A DNA stretch of 64,000 nt from an uncultured Candidatus Poseidoniales archaeon. GTDB taxonomy: Archaea; Thermoplasmatota; Poseidoniia; Poseidoniales; Thalassarchaeaceae. A program made the position numbers and the translations under genes. This document shows, in pieces, positions 54,227 through 63,948 of this stretch. The stretch lies in the NCBI GenBank assembly GCA_902530535.1, contig CACAAP010000002.1, forward strand, positions 255 through 64,254, in the 5' to 3' direction. Position 1 is the first letter of the stretch. Each line of letters begins with the position of its first letter. The notes beneath the pieces were generated by a model. The model saw only the letters and a program-made list of their open reading frames with translations, was not told the origin of the DNA and made no database searches.

Positions 54227-55621
54227 ATGAGTGGAAAAGAGTACAGAACAATTACAGACGTAAAGGGGCCTCTTGTGTTCCTAAACAAAACTGAGCCTGT
54301 TTCGTATAACGAGATTGTACAACTGAGGCTCAGTGATGGATCAATCAAAAACGGACAGGTTCTAGACACATCCGATGACCAAGTCATTGTACAGGTCTTC
54401 GAAGGGACTGCATCTGTAGACAGGCAGACAGGTGTAAAGTTCCTTGGTGATGTATTCAAGCTCCCCGTGAGCAAGGGACTAATTGGTAGGATTCTAGATG
54501 GTGCTGGGAGACCCAGAGATGGGGGGCCAGAAATCGTTGCTGATGATATGGCCGACATTATCGGAGCCGCAATAAATCCCTATTCCAGGCAGAGTCCGGA
54601 GTCATTCATACAGACAGGAATTTCAGCGATTGACGCTTGTACATCTCTTGTCAGAGGGCAGAAACTTCCGATCTTCAGTGCAAGCGGACTGCCTCACAAC
54701 GACATCGCTTTGCAAATCGCAAGACAAGCCAAACTAGTTGGTAGCGACGATGACTTCGTCGTAGTTTTCTGCGCAATGGGAATTACCGCAGAAGAGTACA
54801 ACTTCTTCGTACACGACCTAGAGAGGACTGGGGCACTAGAGAATGCGGCGCTGTTCGTAAACCTAGCTGACGATCCGGCAGTCGAGAGGCTGATCACGCC
54901 TCGTCTGGCACTCACCGCCGCTGAGTACCTAGCTTTCGAACATGACTATCACGTGTTAGTGATATACACGGATATGACAAACTACTGTGAGTCATTGAGG
55001 CAGATCGGGGCTGCTAGAGAAGAAGTTCCTGGAAGGAGGGGTTACCCAGGTTACATGTACACGGATCTGGCTATGCTTTACGAGAGAGCAGGGCTGGTCA
55101 AAGGAAAGAAGGGTTCAATCACGCAGTTCCCTATCCTAACTATGCCTGGTGACGATATTACTCACCCGATTCCAGATCTCTCCGGATACATCACAGAGGG
55201 CCAGATAGTCATCTCGAGGGAGCTACATCAGAAAGGAATCTACCCCCCCATCAACGTTCTTCCCTCTCTAAGCAGATTGATGAACGCAGGAATAGGTCCG
55301 GGTAAAACCAGAGAGGATCACAAGTCAGTGTCTGACCAGCTCTATGCAGCCTACGCTCAAGGAAAGGAATTGAGAGGGCTGGTAGCAATTGTCGGAGAGG
55401 ATGCTCTAAACGAGAGGGATCTTCAACTTCTCAAGTTCGCAGATATCTTCGAAGATAAGTTCCTCAGGCAGAGCAGAGACGAGGACAGATCGATAGACGA
55501 GGGGACTTTGGACCTAGCTTGGAACCTATTGTCAAACATCGACACAAAGTTCCTTGTAAGACTGGATCAGAAGTGGATCGACAAGTACCATCCTGGTGAA
55601 AAGAAGGGAGAAGAAGAGTAA
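54227..55621 (+). CDS. atpB: A-type ATP synthase subunit B
   Basis: [28 protein letters not shown] and PSLSRLM are present. Confidence 0.95.
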   Translation: MSGKEYRTITDVKGPLVFLNKTEPVSYNEIVQLRLSDGSIKNGQVLDTSDDQVIVQVFEGTASVDRQTGVKFLGDVFKLPVSKGLIGRILDGAGRPRDGGPEIVADDMADIIGAAINPYSRQSPESFIQTGISAIDACTSLVRGQKLPIFSASGLPHNDIALQIARQAKLVGSDDDFVVVFCAMGITAEEYNFFVHDLERTGALENAALFVNLADDPAVERLITPRLALTAAEYLAFEHDYHVLVIYTDMTNYCESLRQIGAAREEVPGRRGYPGYMYTDLAMLYERAGLVKGKKGSITQFPILTMPGDDITHPIPDLSGYITEGQIVISRELHQKGIYPPINVLPSLSRLMNAGIGPGKTREDHKSVSDQLYAAYAQGKELRGLVAIVGEDALNERDLQLLKFADIFEDKFLRQSRDEDRSIDEGTLDLAWNLLSNIDTKFLVRLDQKWIDKYHPGEKKGEEE

Positions 55622-55642
55622 CCGAACTAAGGAGTTGAGTGA

Positions 55643-56260
55643 ATGGCCCTAGACATCAAGCCTACCAGGTCCGAGCTGATCAACCTGAAGCGCAGGATAA
55701 AGCAGACCTCTACGGGATACAACCTTCTGAAGATGAAGAGGGATGGCCTATTCCACGAATTCAGAACTCTGCTCTCAGAAATGATCGAGGCCAGAGAGGG
55801 ACTAGTGGGGACATACAGAGATGCACTGCAAGCAATCAATCTAGCCTCATCGATAGAGGGTGGATTGGCAGTAAAGAGCGCAGCCATAGCCTCGTCGAAG
55901 CATCCAGAAGTGCAGGTCTCAAAGAGGAATATAATGGGCGTAGTTGTTCCAAAGGTCGAGGGGCAGAACCTCAAACTATCGGTCGAGGATAGGGGACTGG
56001 GGATGGTTGGAGGTTCTCCCTACATCGACGAGGCGGCAGACGCCTACTCGCTACTCGTTGAGAAGGTAGTAAAGGCAGCAGAGATGGAGGCCACTCTTAA
56101 GAGGCTTCTAGAAGAAATTGAAGCTACTAAAAGAAGGGTTAATGCTCTCGAGTTCAAGGTAATTCCTGAGATGAAAGAGGCTCAGACTTTCATCCAACTA
56201 AGGCTTGAAGAGATGGAGAGAGAGGAGACTTTCCGCCTCAAGCGCTTCAAAAACAAGTGA
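55643..56260 (+). CDS. atpD: A-type ATP synthase subunit D (central stalk)
   Basis: IKPTRSELINLKRRIK and the C-terminal RRVNALE...IP pattern are present. Confidence 0.88.
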   Translation: MALDIKPTRSELINLKRRIKQTSTGYNLLKMKRDGLFHEFRTLLSEMIEAREGLVGTYRDALQAINLASSIEGGLAVKSAAIASSKHPEVQVSKRNIMGVVVPKVEGQNLKLSVEDRGLGMVGGSPYIDEAADAYSLLVEKVVKAAEMEATLKRLLEEIEATKRRVNALEFKVIPEMKEAQTFIQLRLEEMEREETFRLKRFKNK

Positions 56261-56310
56261 TTATCAAAGAGCAGGGGTAAAATCTGACCTCCCGCGGGGA
56301 TGGTCAGGGA

Positions 56311-58746
56311 GTGAGCATCGTGCCAGAGGATATTTTGATTGACACTGAGACCTGGGGCACCAGAGAACTTCTCGAGGTAATAGCCTCTAGATTCTTCGAA
56401 CTAGGTAACGAGGGCAGTTATCCCAATTCATGGGAGGTCAGAGGTCTAGACGGGACGGATGTGAGTAAACAGCTGGAAGAACTCAATTCACACCTGGACA
56501 CAATGGGATTGGTTGGATCACTAGAAGAAACGAACCCCCCTGTTCTAATCATTTCAAGGATTCCTCAAGAAAGCAATGTGATGGGAAATTACCAGAGTTT
56601 GCTGATGTGGGCAGTCATGTCAGTTTTCCTAACCATGGCTGGATCACATTGGGTTTCTGAATACGGATATGATGGTAATTCGTCGGGAAATGGGGAAATT
56701 ATGAATTCGCTAATTTTCTTCACGCTACCAATATTAGTTACCCTATCCATAGCTAGCTATTGCAGAGTTCTTGTCGCAAGAAGATTCGGGATAGAAATAG
56801 GGCATATTGCCCCAATCGTATTTCCAATTCCTACTTGGTGGCCATTCGGAATTGTTGGGGCGATTGGGCAGAGGAAGCTAGATATGGTTCCAATTCCATC
56901 CAGAAGGGCGTTGGGATCTATCGAGTTGGTAGTTCCACTTGTCCTGTTTACGGCTGGAAGTTTTCTCACAGTAGTCGGGCTAATTCTTACTCCAAGTAGC
57001 CCCCCCCAGCTAACGGGGCCCCCCACTGTCTTCGAGACTAGTCTGATTTCTGGCTCTCTAGCCGATTCTTTGTTAGGGGAACATCTGGAAATTCGTCTGC
57101 AATGGTTACACCCAATTGGTATTTCTGGAGTAGGACTTTCCTTGGTCGGTTGGATAATGATGCTTCCTATACCAGGCCTACCAGGAGATAGGCTACTCCA
57201 TGCAATTATTGGTCCAGCGGAAATGAGGAGCGGAAGTACCCAGACATCGGTATTCCTAATTGTGCTCTTCTTCATGGTAGTGGTTTTCGCCACGGCCAAA
57301 TGGACCCCATGGGTTTTCCTTGCCTTCGTAGCTGCATGGCAGCGTTTCAATCCAGATAATCTCCCTCAGCCAATCATCCTTGACGAACAATCTGGTTTAG
57401 ATGAGAGGTTCAAGAGTCGCTTTGTGGCTGTAGTGAGTGTGATACTCCTGGCGGGGCTGCCGGGATCTGTTCCATCCTACGAGATGGAGGACTACATTGC
57501 GGGAATATCTACCGAAGAGTGGCCAGAAGAGATAGAGTTCTACGGTGGTGAGTTGCAAGTAATTTCGCTGAATTTGGAGCCAGAAGGGGTTATGCCTGTC
57601 TCCGGGTGGCTTCAGATGAGGATTGAGGGGTCCCGATCTCAGGAGTGGGTTCTCAGCACCGATTGTTCTGATTTCCTAGATGCCTGTCGATTCGATGGAG
57701 TTACGCAGTCTGAGACTAGTGTAGTAGATATCTCCATTACCCCTCCAGAGGGGAATTTCTCTAATCACCTGCTAAAGGTACTAGTCGAAGTCTCAGGCTT
57801 CGAGGTAGAGCATGAGATCCTTCTTCATGAGTTTTCTAGCCAGGGTTTGATTGGCCCGTTCTGGAGTCTTTCTGGAGGATTTGACAAACCGATAATTTGT
57901 ACTGATTTTGATGCTGGAGATGGAGGGGATATTTTCGTCGAGGGAGCCTATTGGGAGACTATGAACGGGAGCAATCGAACTTCAGGAATTCAAGAGTTGT
58001 GCCTTAGAGGAAACAGTGGCGCGATTCAGAGCTCGGAGTCTTTTGATTCGCAGGGCAGATCCTTTGGCCCTGTTGTTTTCCTTGAAAGGGAGAACTCTAC
58101 CGAAGGACCATGGCTGATTTCAATTGACGGCTCAGAGCCATCTATACAGGTTATGGATGGACAATGGAAAATTCCTACTGGCTTCGTTTCCAACGGAGAT
58201 ATGCTCTCCCACTCCGATAGAGGATCCCCTTTCTGCCCATCAAGCGAGATTGCGGCACAAGTGGACACTGGGGAGAACTGGTCAGTAGAGATGGGCAACT
58301 ACTCCTCGATCAGACTTGAAGGGAATCTGAGCGGGAATGGTTCGATAGGTATCGGCGAGGAGGGATGGCTGGCGATTTGCGGAAGCGATGGTTCCCTGAC
58401 CTCATTCAAGATAATCGCGGGACCCGATGTATTTGTCTCCACAGGAGATTCTAATGGAGGGCACTCGGCAATTGGCCCCAATCAGAGGATTGAGGCAGAT
58501 TCTTTCTATATTTTCAACAGAGGCTCGGAGAGAGTTGGGCTGTCTTTGGAGTGGCATGGCGACTCCCCTCAGTCTGGAATCTGGGAAGTAAGCATTGGAG
58601 ACTGGATTGACGCCGGAGGTTCGTCTTTCGTCGAGTCTGTAGCAAATGGTAGTTCTACTCTAGAACGGGCTTTATGGGTAACTGCGGACGATTCAGGAGT
58701 CGTTGTACACCTTTCGGCAAGATGTCCATCGGAGGGTTGCGAGTGA
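56311..58746 (+). CDS. M50 (site-2 protease)-like membrane protein lacking the HExxH motif, with a large C-terminal domain
   Basis: SIASYCRVLVARRFGIEI...FPIP...FGIVGAIG...PSRRALGSIELVVPLV...MLPIPGLPGDRLLHAIIG is collinear with the M50 pattern HELGHxxxARRxGV...P.R.A...AGP...LPxxxLDGG. ASYCR replaces HELGH. A roughly 430-aa soluble domain with several Cys follows. Confidence 0.55.
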   Translation: MSIVPEDILIDTETWGTRELLEVIASRFFELGNEGSYPNSWEVRGLDGTDVSKQLEELNSHLDTMGLVGSLEETNPPVLIISRIPQESNVMGNYQSLLMWAVMSVFLTMAGSHWVSEYGYDGNSSGNGEIMNSLIFFTLPILVTLSIASYCRVLVARRFGIEIGHIAPIVFPIPTWWPFGIVGAIGQRKLDMVPIPSRRALGSIELVVPLVLFTAGSFLTVVGLILTPSSPPQLTGPPTVFETSLISGSLADSLLGEHLEIRLQWLHPIGISGVGLSLVGWIMMLPIPGLPGDRLLHAIIGPAEMRSGSTQTSVFLIVLFFMVVVFATAKWTPWVFLAFVAAWQRFNPDNLPQPIILDEQSGLDERFKSRFVAVVSVILLAGLPGSVPSYEMEDYIAGISTEEWPEEIEFYGGELQVISLNLEPEGVMPVSGWLQMRIEGSRSQEWVLSTDCSDFLDACRFDGVTQSETSVVDISITPPEGNFSNHLLKVLVEVSGFEVEHEILLHEFSSQGLIGPFWSLSGGFDKPIICTDFDAGDGGDIFVEGAYWETMNGSNRTSGIQELCLRGNSGAIQSSESFDSQGRSFGPVVFLERENSTEGPWLISIDGSEPSIQVMDGQWKIPTGFVSNGDMLSHSDRGSPFCPSSEIAAQVDTGENWSVEMGNYSSIRLEGNLSGNGSIGIGEEGWLAICGSDGSLTSFKIIAGPDVFVSTGDSNGGHSAIGPNQRIEADSFYIFNRGSERVGLSLEWHGDSPQSGIWEVSIGDWIDAGGSSFVESVANGSSTLERALWVTADDSGVVVHLSARCPSEGCE

Positions 58747-59693
58747 GGATTGCTATTCTTGGAACTGGAGCGATAGGCGGTGTGCTCGCAGGATGTCTAT
58801 CTGACACCAATGCTGAACTCGTTTGTGTTTCTAGAGGACGGACTGCTAGAGATTTACTGGGGGGGCTGACTCTATTCACTCCCGAGGGATCTGTGGAAAT
58901 GATTCCAGGGGAGCGTTTCGAGATTATCGATAGTGAGAAGGGACCCCTAGAGGAGAAAATGTGCGGAACTTGTGATGTGGCAGTTGTCTCGGGTAAGTCT
59001 GGTTCAACCCCCCAATTGGCTTCTATCGCTGAAGATCTGATTAAACAAGACGCATTAGTAATCAGCATTCAGAACGGACTTGGAAATTCGGGAATCATTG
59101 CCAGCAGGGTCGGTTGGGAGCGAGTACTAGGGGGAACTACCACTCACTCCGCTTGGAGAGATGGAGACGGTGCTGTCCACTGGACAGGGAGAGGGTCAAT
59201 TTCTCTAGGTTCAATAAATTCCTCCGAGCCGAATTCTATAGCTACTGAATTCATTTCATTGCTTGATGAAGGGGGACTAGTGCCTAATTGGTCGATTGAT
59301 ATCGAGAGAGAAATTTGGAGGAAGCTGATGATAAATGTAGCAATTAATCCAATCTGTGCTATTGCAGGTGTCAGGAATGGGGCCTTGGCAGAGGTTCCAG
59401 AATTGTGGCATCAGGCAATTGAGGCTATGAGAGAGGCTGAGGCTGTCGCCAAGGCATCGGGAGTAGATCTAGGAGATTCCGATTCTGAGAGTTATCTAAG
59501 GAGGGTGGTCGAATCAACTGCCGAGAATAGAGTTTCTATGCTTCAGGACCTCATGGCTGGAAGAAAGACGGAGATAGATGTCCTTTGTGGTGCCGTGATT
59601 TCTAAGGGAGAGGAGTTTGGAGTGCCAACACCTAGGAATGAGATACTAATGGCACTAGTTAGGGGAATAGAGATGTCTCAGCAGTTAGACTAG
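58743..59693 (+). CDS. panE: 2-dehydropantoate 2-reductase (ketopantoate reductase)
   Basis: RIAILGTGAIGGVLAG is a Rossmann motif, and the ApbA/PanE C-terminal pattern (SMLQDL..GRKTEID) is present. The GTG at 58743 overlaps the upstream stop (GTGA); an alternative ATG is at 58722. Confidence 0.8.
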   Translation: MRIAILGTGAIGGVLAGCLSDTNAELVCVSRGRTARDLLGGLTLFTPEGSVEMIPGERFEIIDSEKGPLEEKMCGTCDVAVVSGKSGSTPQLASIAEDLIKQDALVISIQNGLGNSGIIASRVGWERVLGGTTTHSAWRDGDGAVHWTGRGSISLGSINSSEPNSIATEFISLLDEGGLVPNWSIDIEREIWRKLMINVAINPICAIAGVRNGALAEVPELWHQAIEAMREAEAVAKASGVDLGDSDSESYLRRVVESTAENRVSMLQDLMAGRKTEIDVLCGAVISKGEEFGVPTPRNEILMALVRGIEMSQQLD

Positions 59694-60379
59694 GTATTCC
59701 ACTTGAAAACCAAAGATGCTGCCCCGGCTCCAAACAACTGAGGTACCAAATGCAGCCATAGGTCTGCAGCAGCCATTTTCCCAACCACTACCAGAGAGAG
59801 CGAGACTGCCGGATTGAATGAAGCCAGAGATATGCTCCCTACAGTTAGAGCCCCGGCTAGGACTACCAATGCAATGGCAGCACCGTAGTATCCGTTTCCT
59901 TCATTAGATTCTGAGGTTGCTACATTGAGGATTACGAAAACTAGTGCGAAGGTGAAGAGTAGCTCGGATACAATGATTGAGGTCTCCATGCCCGAAGGTT
60001 CGAACATCTCAATTGGGTAATCCTCAGAGATACTCCCGGTAACAATTAGATTCGCAGCAATGAGAGCCGCTAGTAATCCTGCTGCGAGTTGAGAGAGAGC
60101 ATAGGGCACTACTTCCGATTTCTCACATGCCCCCCTAATCCATATCGAGATGGTGACTGCAGGATTGTAGTGAGCACCGGAAATGTGAGCACCGGCATAT
60201 ATCATAACCATCAGAGTACCTGCTATAGCGAAAGGAGCGTTTTGGCCAGACAGACCGAATACTCCGGCTACACAGATTGTCAAGCAGAGGAAAAGGGTTC
60301 CAATGAACTCAGTAATCAGTTTTGCATTCATATCGGATTGGTCTGACATGAGGTATAATGTAGATAGGACGTCCATCAA
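59690..60379 (-). CDS. MIP-family channel (aquaporin/aquaglyceroporin)
   Basis: Two NPA boxes are present (SGAHYNPAVT and ASFNPAVS) in a 6-TM layout. Confidence 0.9.
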   Translation of the reverse strand: MMDVLSTLYLMSDQSDMNAKLITEFIGTLFLCLTICVAGVFGLSGQNAPFAIAGTLMVMIYAGAHISGAHYNPAVTISIWIRGACEKSEVVPYALSQLAAGLLAALIAANLIVTGSISEDYPIEMFEPSGMETSIIVSELLFTFALVFVILNVATSESNEGNGYYGAAIALVVLAGALTVGSISLASFNPAVSLSLVVVGKMAAADLWLHLVPQLFGAGAASLVFKWNT

Positions 60380-61269
60380 CGTTGGCAGGAAGAGCAGTAG
60401 AAGGTGGATCTATTAGACTGAACTATTCTTCTTATCGAACCAGAGCAACCTTCCTTAAGACACTCCTGATCTTCCCTCCCATAAACTAGGAAGTTGTGAA
60501 TGAAATAGCCCATAGCCTCATCTCCATCTACTCCTCTGAAATCTTGCAGAGTGGACCCCCCGGCGTCTATGGCCTCCGTGATGACATCGTGTGTTGCCGC
60601 TGTGATTCTCTCTACTCTTCTGGAGATCCCGGATAATCCAGCGACACTGCTTGCCTTTCTTCTTGGAGAAACTCCGGCTCGGTGAAGTATCTCACAGACG
60701 TAGATGTTCCCAAGGCCAGCGATGATTCTCTGATCTAAGAGAGCTGATTTGATTGGCATTTTCCTACCCCTCAGTCCTTCGGCGAGATCCTGTGGAGCTA
60801 ATTGGTCGGGAGTAGGCTCTGGACCCAAATCCGAGAGAAGTTTGTTTTTTTCTTGTTGTGAAGTGGGGAAGCAGTCCATGAATCCAAACCTACGATGGTC
60901 CGAGTAGACTGCCTTCGTCCCACTATCTAGGTGGATCACTACCCAATCGTGAGGTCCGTCACCGCTACCCAGAGGTGCCCCGCTAGAGAACTTGCCCGGC
61001 CTCCCAACCACTCCGTCCCCAATCAGTGTCCACCTGCCACTCATTCCCAAATGACAGAGCCAAGTCATACCCCCGTCTAGTCGGATTAGGAGGTACTTCG
61101 CACGACGTTCCACTGATTCTACGACTCTTCCAATGAGAGAGGTTTCGAAATTACTCGGGAAGGGGAATCTCAGATCACTTCTTCGAAGTTCTACTGAAGA
61201 AATTGTCCTACCCAAAAAGTGCCTCTCTAGACCAAGCCGGACCGTTTCCACCTCTGGTAACTCAGGCAT
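60376..61269 (-). CDS. mutM: Formamidopyrimidine-DNA glycosylase (Fpg/MutM)
   Basis: The MPELPEVETVR N-terminus, ERRAKYLL (catalytic Lys), H2TH and the C-terminal CxxC...CxxC zinc finger (CLKEGC...CSSCQ) are present. Confidence 0.9.
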   Translation of the reverse strand: MPELPEVETVRLGLERHFLGRTISSVELRRSDLRFPFPSNFETSLIGRVVESVERRAKYLLIRLDGGMTWLCHLGMSGRWTLIGDGVVGRPGKFSSGAPLGSGDGPHDWVVIHLDSGTKAVYSDHRRFGFMDCFPTSQQEKNKLLSDLGPEPTPDQLAPQDLAEGLRGRKMPIKSALLDQRIIAGLGNIYVCEILHRAGVSPRRKASSVAGLSGISRRVERITAATHDVITEAIDAGGSTLQDFRGVDGDEAMGYFIHNFLVYGREDQECLKEGCSGSIRRIVQSNRSTFYCSSCQR

Positions 61270-61322
61270 GTGTGAAGGCTGAGATGGTTAGGCCATTACC
61301 TTTCTTAGATAGGCAGAGTTAA

Positions 61323-61748
61323 TTGATAATCCCAATTAGTAGTTACATGGAGGAGGGTGAAGTCCCTGATTGGGTCTCATCAGAGGATCAGCCAGAGTCA
61401 GAAGTCGTTCTCGAAGGGAGTCCTGCAGTAACAAAAGAGGCTCCTCAGCAAATCTATGTCCAAGGAGGGCAATATGGGGGCCCGGGAGCGATTTTCCCTA
61501 CGACCAATGCAGTACTTGCTCTAGTCCTTTCCATATTGGGGATTGTGATGTGCTCGATTTGTACTGCGCTTCCCGGCCTGATAATAGCTAATGGTGCTCT
61601 AGCGACTACCACCCAGTTTCCAGGACATCCGGATCAGGGGATGGCGAAGGCGGCTCAAATCATTTCCTGGATAGGCATTGGTTTATTCGTTCTAGTTGTA
61701 CTCTTCTACGGAGGATTGGCTGCACTAGTTATCGCCGCAGAGGCTTAA
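61323..61748 (+). CDS. Hypothetical small membrane protein (two TM segments, DUF4190-like pattern)
   Basis: An acidic N-terminus is followed by two hydrophobic helices. The start is the TTG at 61323 or the ATG at 61347. Confidence 0.45.
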   Translation: MIIPISSYMEEGEVPDWVSSEDQPESEVVLEGSPAVTKEAPQQIYVQGGQYGGPGAIFPTTNAVLALVLSILGIVMCSICTALPGLIIANGALATTTQFPGHPDQGMAKAAQIISWIGIGLFVLVVLFYGGLAALVIAAEA

Positions 61749-62426
61749 TTCACAGACGAATAGAACGTGTTGCTCCTCTAGACCTCGAAGTTCTATCCTC
61801 TCCAATAGTGAGAGTGCTGAGTTCTTCAGGATTATCTCTGCATTGTGAAATCTAGCATTGTCATCACCTTCCGAAGACCTCTCGCTAGCTGCTTTTAGGC
61901 TTAGAAGACCTACTCCACCTGGAATAAGGAAATTCATAGCCATCTTTACGAAGGTCTCTGCCTGATCGGCAATACTTAGATCCTGGTGAATCCAATCGGC
62001 CTTAGATCTGATGAATGGCGCGATTACCCTGCTTTTCCTTGCGTCACCAAGAACTGGGACCATCCCGGGACGAGATTCGGAGAGGGAAATCAGATCACGT
62101 GACATCCTGGGAGATATCTCCACTGCTACGACCTGCCCTCCATGGTGATTTTCTGCTCCACACACGAAATCGTGAATATGGCTAACAGTCCCTCCGCTGG
62201 ATGCTCCAAGATAGAGGCATGTTGAGCCTGGATTTGGGAGAATCGAAGATGGTTCGGATAATGTCCTTAGAAGGGCTGCTGCTACCTTGGACTTAGTAGG
62301 GTCCCACCTTCTCCATTCTATCCTCCCATCCCTCTTCCTACGTTCCCCTCTGACCGATTTCCCCTTGACAGCATTCCTTGTCCAAAGCGTCCTTCCCTCC
62401 TTCCTGACCCCCCAGCAGATTTGCAT
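61725..62426 (-). CDS. flpA: Fibrillarin-like rRNA/tRNA 2'-O-methyltransferase
   Basis: WDPTKSKVAAALL, LYLGASSGGTVSHIHD, VVAVEISPR and PVLGDARK are collinear with archaeal fibrillarin. The start at the MQICW ATG lies 14 nt after the nop5 stop. Confidence 0.9.
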   Translation of the reverse strand: MQICWGVRKEGRTLWTRNAVKGKSVRGERRKRDGRIEWRRWDPTKSKVAAALLRTLSEPSSILPNPGSTCLYLGASSGGTVSHIHDFVCGAENHHGGQVVAVEISPRMSRDLISLSESRPGMVPVLGDARKSRVIAPFIRSKADWIHQDLSIADQAETFVKMAMNFLIPGGVGLLSLKAASERSSEGDDNARFHNAEIILKNSALSLLERIELRGLEEQHVLFVCELSLCGDN

Positions 62427-62439
62427 TGACTTTGGCAGA

Positions 62440-63444
62440 TCATACCCTCCTCTTCGGAGGCCTTGGGAACTTATCCTTAATCGCCTCAATCTCGGAGTTA
62501 ATTTCCTCTATTTTGGATTCGTCCCATCTCTCACCTTCAAAATGATCGACTCGAACTGCTATACTGGCCTTTCCGGCAAGATATCTTGCAATCTTTCCTC
62601 TAACCCATCTAGGTGAACGGCTTACTTGCGGCATTGAAAATAGCACTGCTCCATGCTTTGGCGGAGGGGCCCCTCTCCTGTGTGCCGACATTGCTGCATG
62701 CGCACCCAGAACCTGTAGTGAGCCCGAAGGCATTCGTGCTAGTCTCTCCCTTCCTCCTGCTAGAGATATCAGTTTGGCTGCCGAAATAGGACCGAGAAGT
62801 GCGCTGAGAGAGGGAGCATGGATGTTCGCAATTTCTCTAATTGCATTCTCAATTTGGTCTAGAATTTCTGATGACCTAGTCACTGCATTGGCGTGGGAGA
62901 ACATGGAAGACCATTCTAAATCGGAAGGAAGGTGCTTCGGAGGATTTACACCTAGTTTTTCCGAGGCTTCGGAGATTGTGCTTGAGGAAGATATAGCTAC
63001 TGGAATGTCATTCCTCTGAGAGTCAAGATTTGCTTCGGTGATGAACAAGCCTGACCATTCCACACAACGAGCCTCGGAGGTTGTCCAGGATGATCTCAGC
63101 TCCTGTGCTGCTGATACAAGCATGTCTAGTCTTCTATCCAAATCTCCCGATGAGTCTGCGACACCCATTTTCGCTAATTCCAAAGTAGCCTTCTGGAAGA
63201 CTCTATCCAAATCTCCAATCTCGGGCCAATCCGGATCCGATAAAGCACCCATTTCATCGATGATTGCATCTGGGAAACGCTCAGAAAGGGTTGAGACCTC
63301 TGGAAGATTTCTACCTCCCTGAATTATCTTGAGTCGTTTTGACAGGCTAGTAGGAGTGATTGGGCCGTCCCATTCCAACTCATCCACGATATTCCCTTCA
63401 TCATCCACGACCCTTGCTAATCTCCAATCGTAGTGGATTCTCAT
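62440..63444 (-). CDS. nop5: Nop56/58 (Nop5) box C/D sRNP core protein
   Basis: The Nop domain reads PSLSALLGPISAAKLISLAGG.ERLARMPSGSLQVLGA...PPKHGAVLF...PRWVRGKIARYLAGKASIAVRVD. Confidence 0.88.
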   Translation of the reverse strand: MRIHYDWRLARVVDDEGNIVDELEWDGPITPTSLSKRLKIIQGGRNLPEVSTLSERFPDAIIDEMGALSDPDWPEIGDLDRVFQKATLELAKMGVADSSGDLDRRLDMLVSAAQELRSSWTTSEARCVEWSGLFITEANLDSQRNDIPVAISSSSTISEASEKLGVNPPKHLPSDLEWSSMFSHANAVTRSSEILDQIENAIREIANIHAPSLSALLGPISAAKLISLAGGRERLARMPSGSLQVLGAHAAMSAHRRGAPPPKHGAVLFSMPQVSRSPRWVRGKIARYLAGKASIAVRVDHFEGERWDESKIEEINSEIEAIKDKFPRPPKRRV

Positions 63445-63567
63445 AGGAGTCCCAATGGGTACGGTGGCTTGAACGGTGCGGATATGCCCAATATTTTAGA
63501 CGAATACTTGAATAGTCGGGAGGTTCAGCCATGCTCGGTTCTCGTTTATAGGACAATGGTGAGAGAG

Positions 63568-63948
63568 ATGTTTTGTCCGAAATGTGGTGCACTTAGTTAT
63601 CCTGATGAACGAGGGTGGATTAAGTGTCCAGACTACAAATGTGGGTATGAGGGCCCCCTTTCTGGAGAAGATGGCAAAGGTGCTGAATTTACAGATCCAA
63701 TGACAGGGGAAACTATCGATCTTTCCAAGACTATGGCTTCTACAGACTCGAAGTCACTCAAGCATCTTACGGAGGTTGTAGAAGAAGACGGCCCTAGAGG
63801 GACTCTGAGGGTGGGAGACTATCTGTGCCCAAAATGTGACGGGGATAGGGCGTACGTTGAGCTCAGGCAGACCAGGTCTTCAGACGAACCAGAGACAAAG
63901 ATATGCACTTGCGATGAATGCGGCCATCGTTGGAGGGAGTACCAGTAA
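63568..63948 (+). CDS. tfs: Transcription factor S (TFIIS/RpoM-type)
   Basis: The N-terminal Zn ribbon is MFCPKCG...CPDYKCG. The C-terminal TFIIS ribbon is CPKCDGDRAYVELRQTRSSDEPETKICTCDECGHRW, which includes the acidic DE loop. An alternative start is at 63556. Confidence 0.85.
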   Translation: MFCPKCGALSYPDERGWIKCPDYKCGYEGPLSGEDGKGAEFTDPMTGETIDLSKTMASTDSKSLKHLTEVVEEDGPRGTLRVGDYLCPKCDGDRAYVELRQTRSSDEPETKICTCDECGHRWREYQ

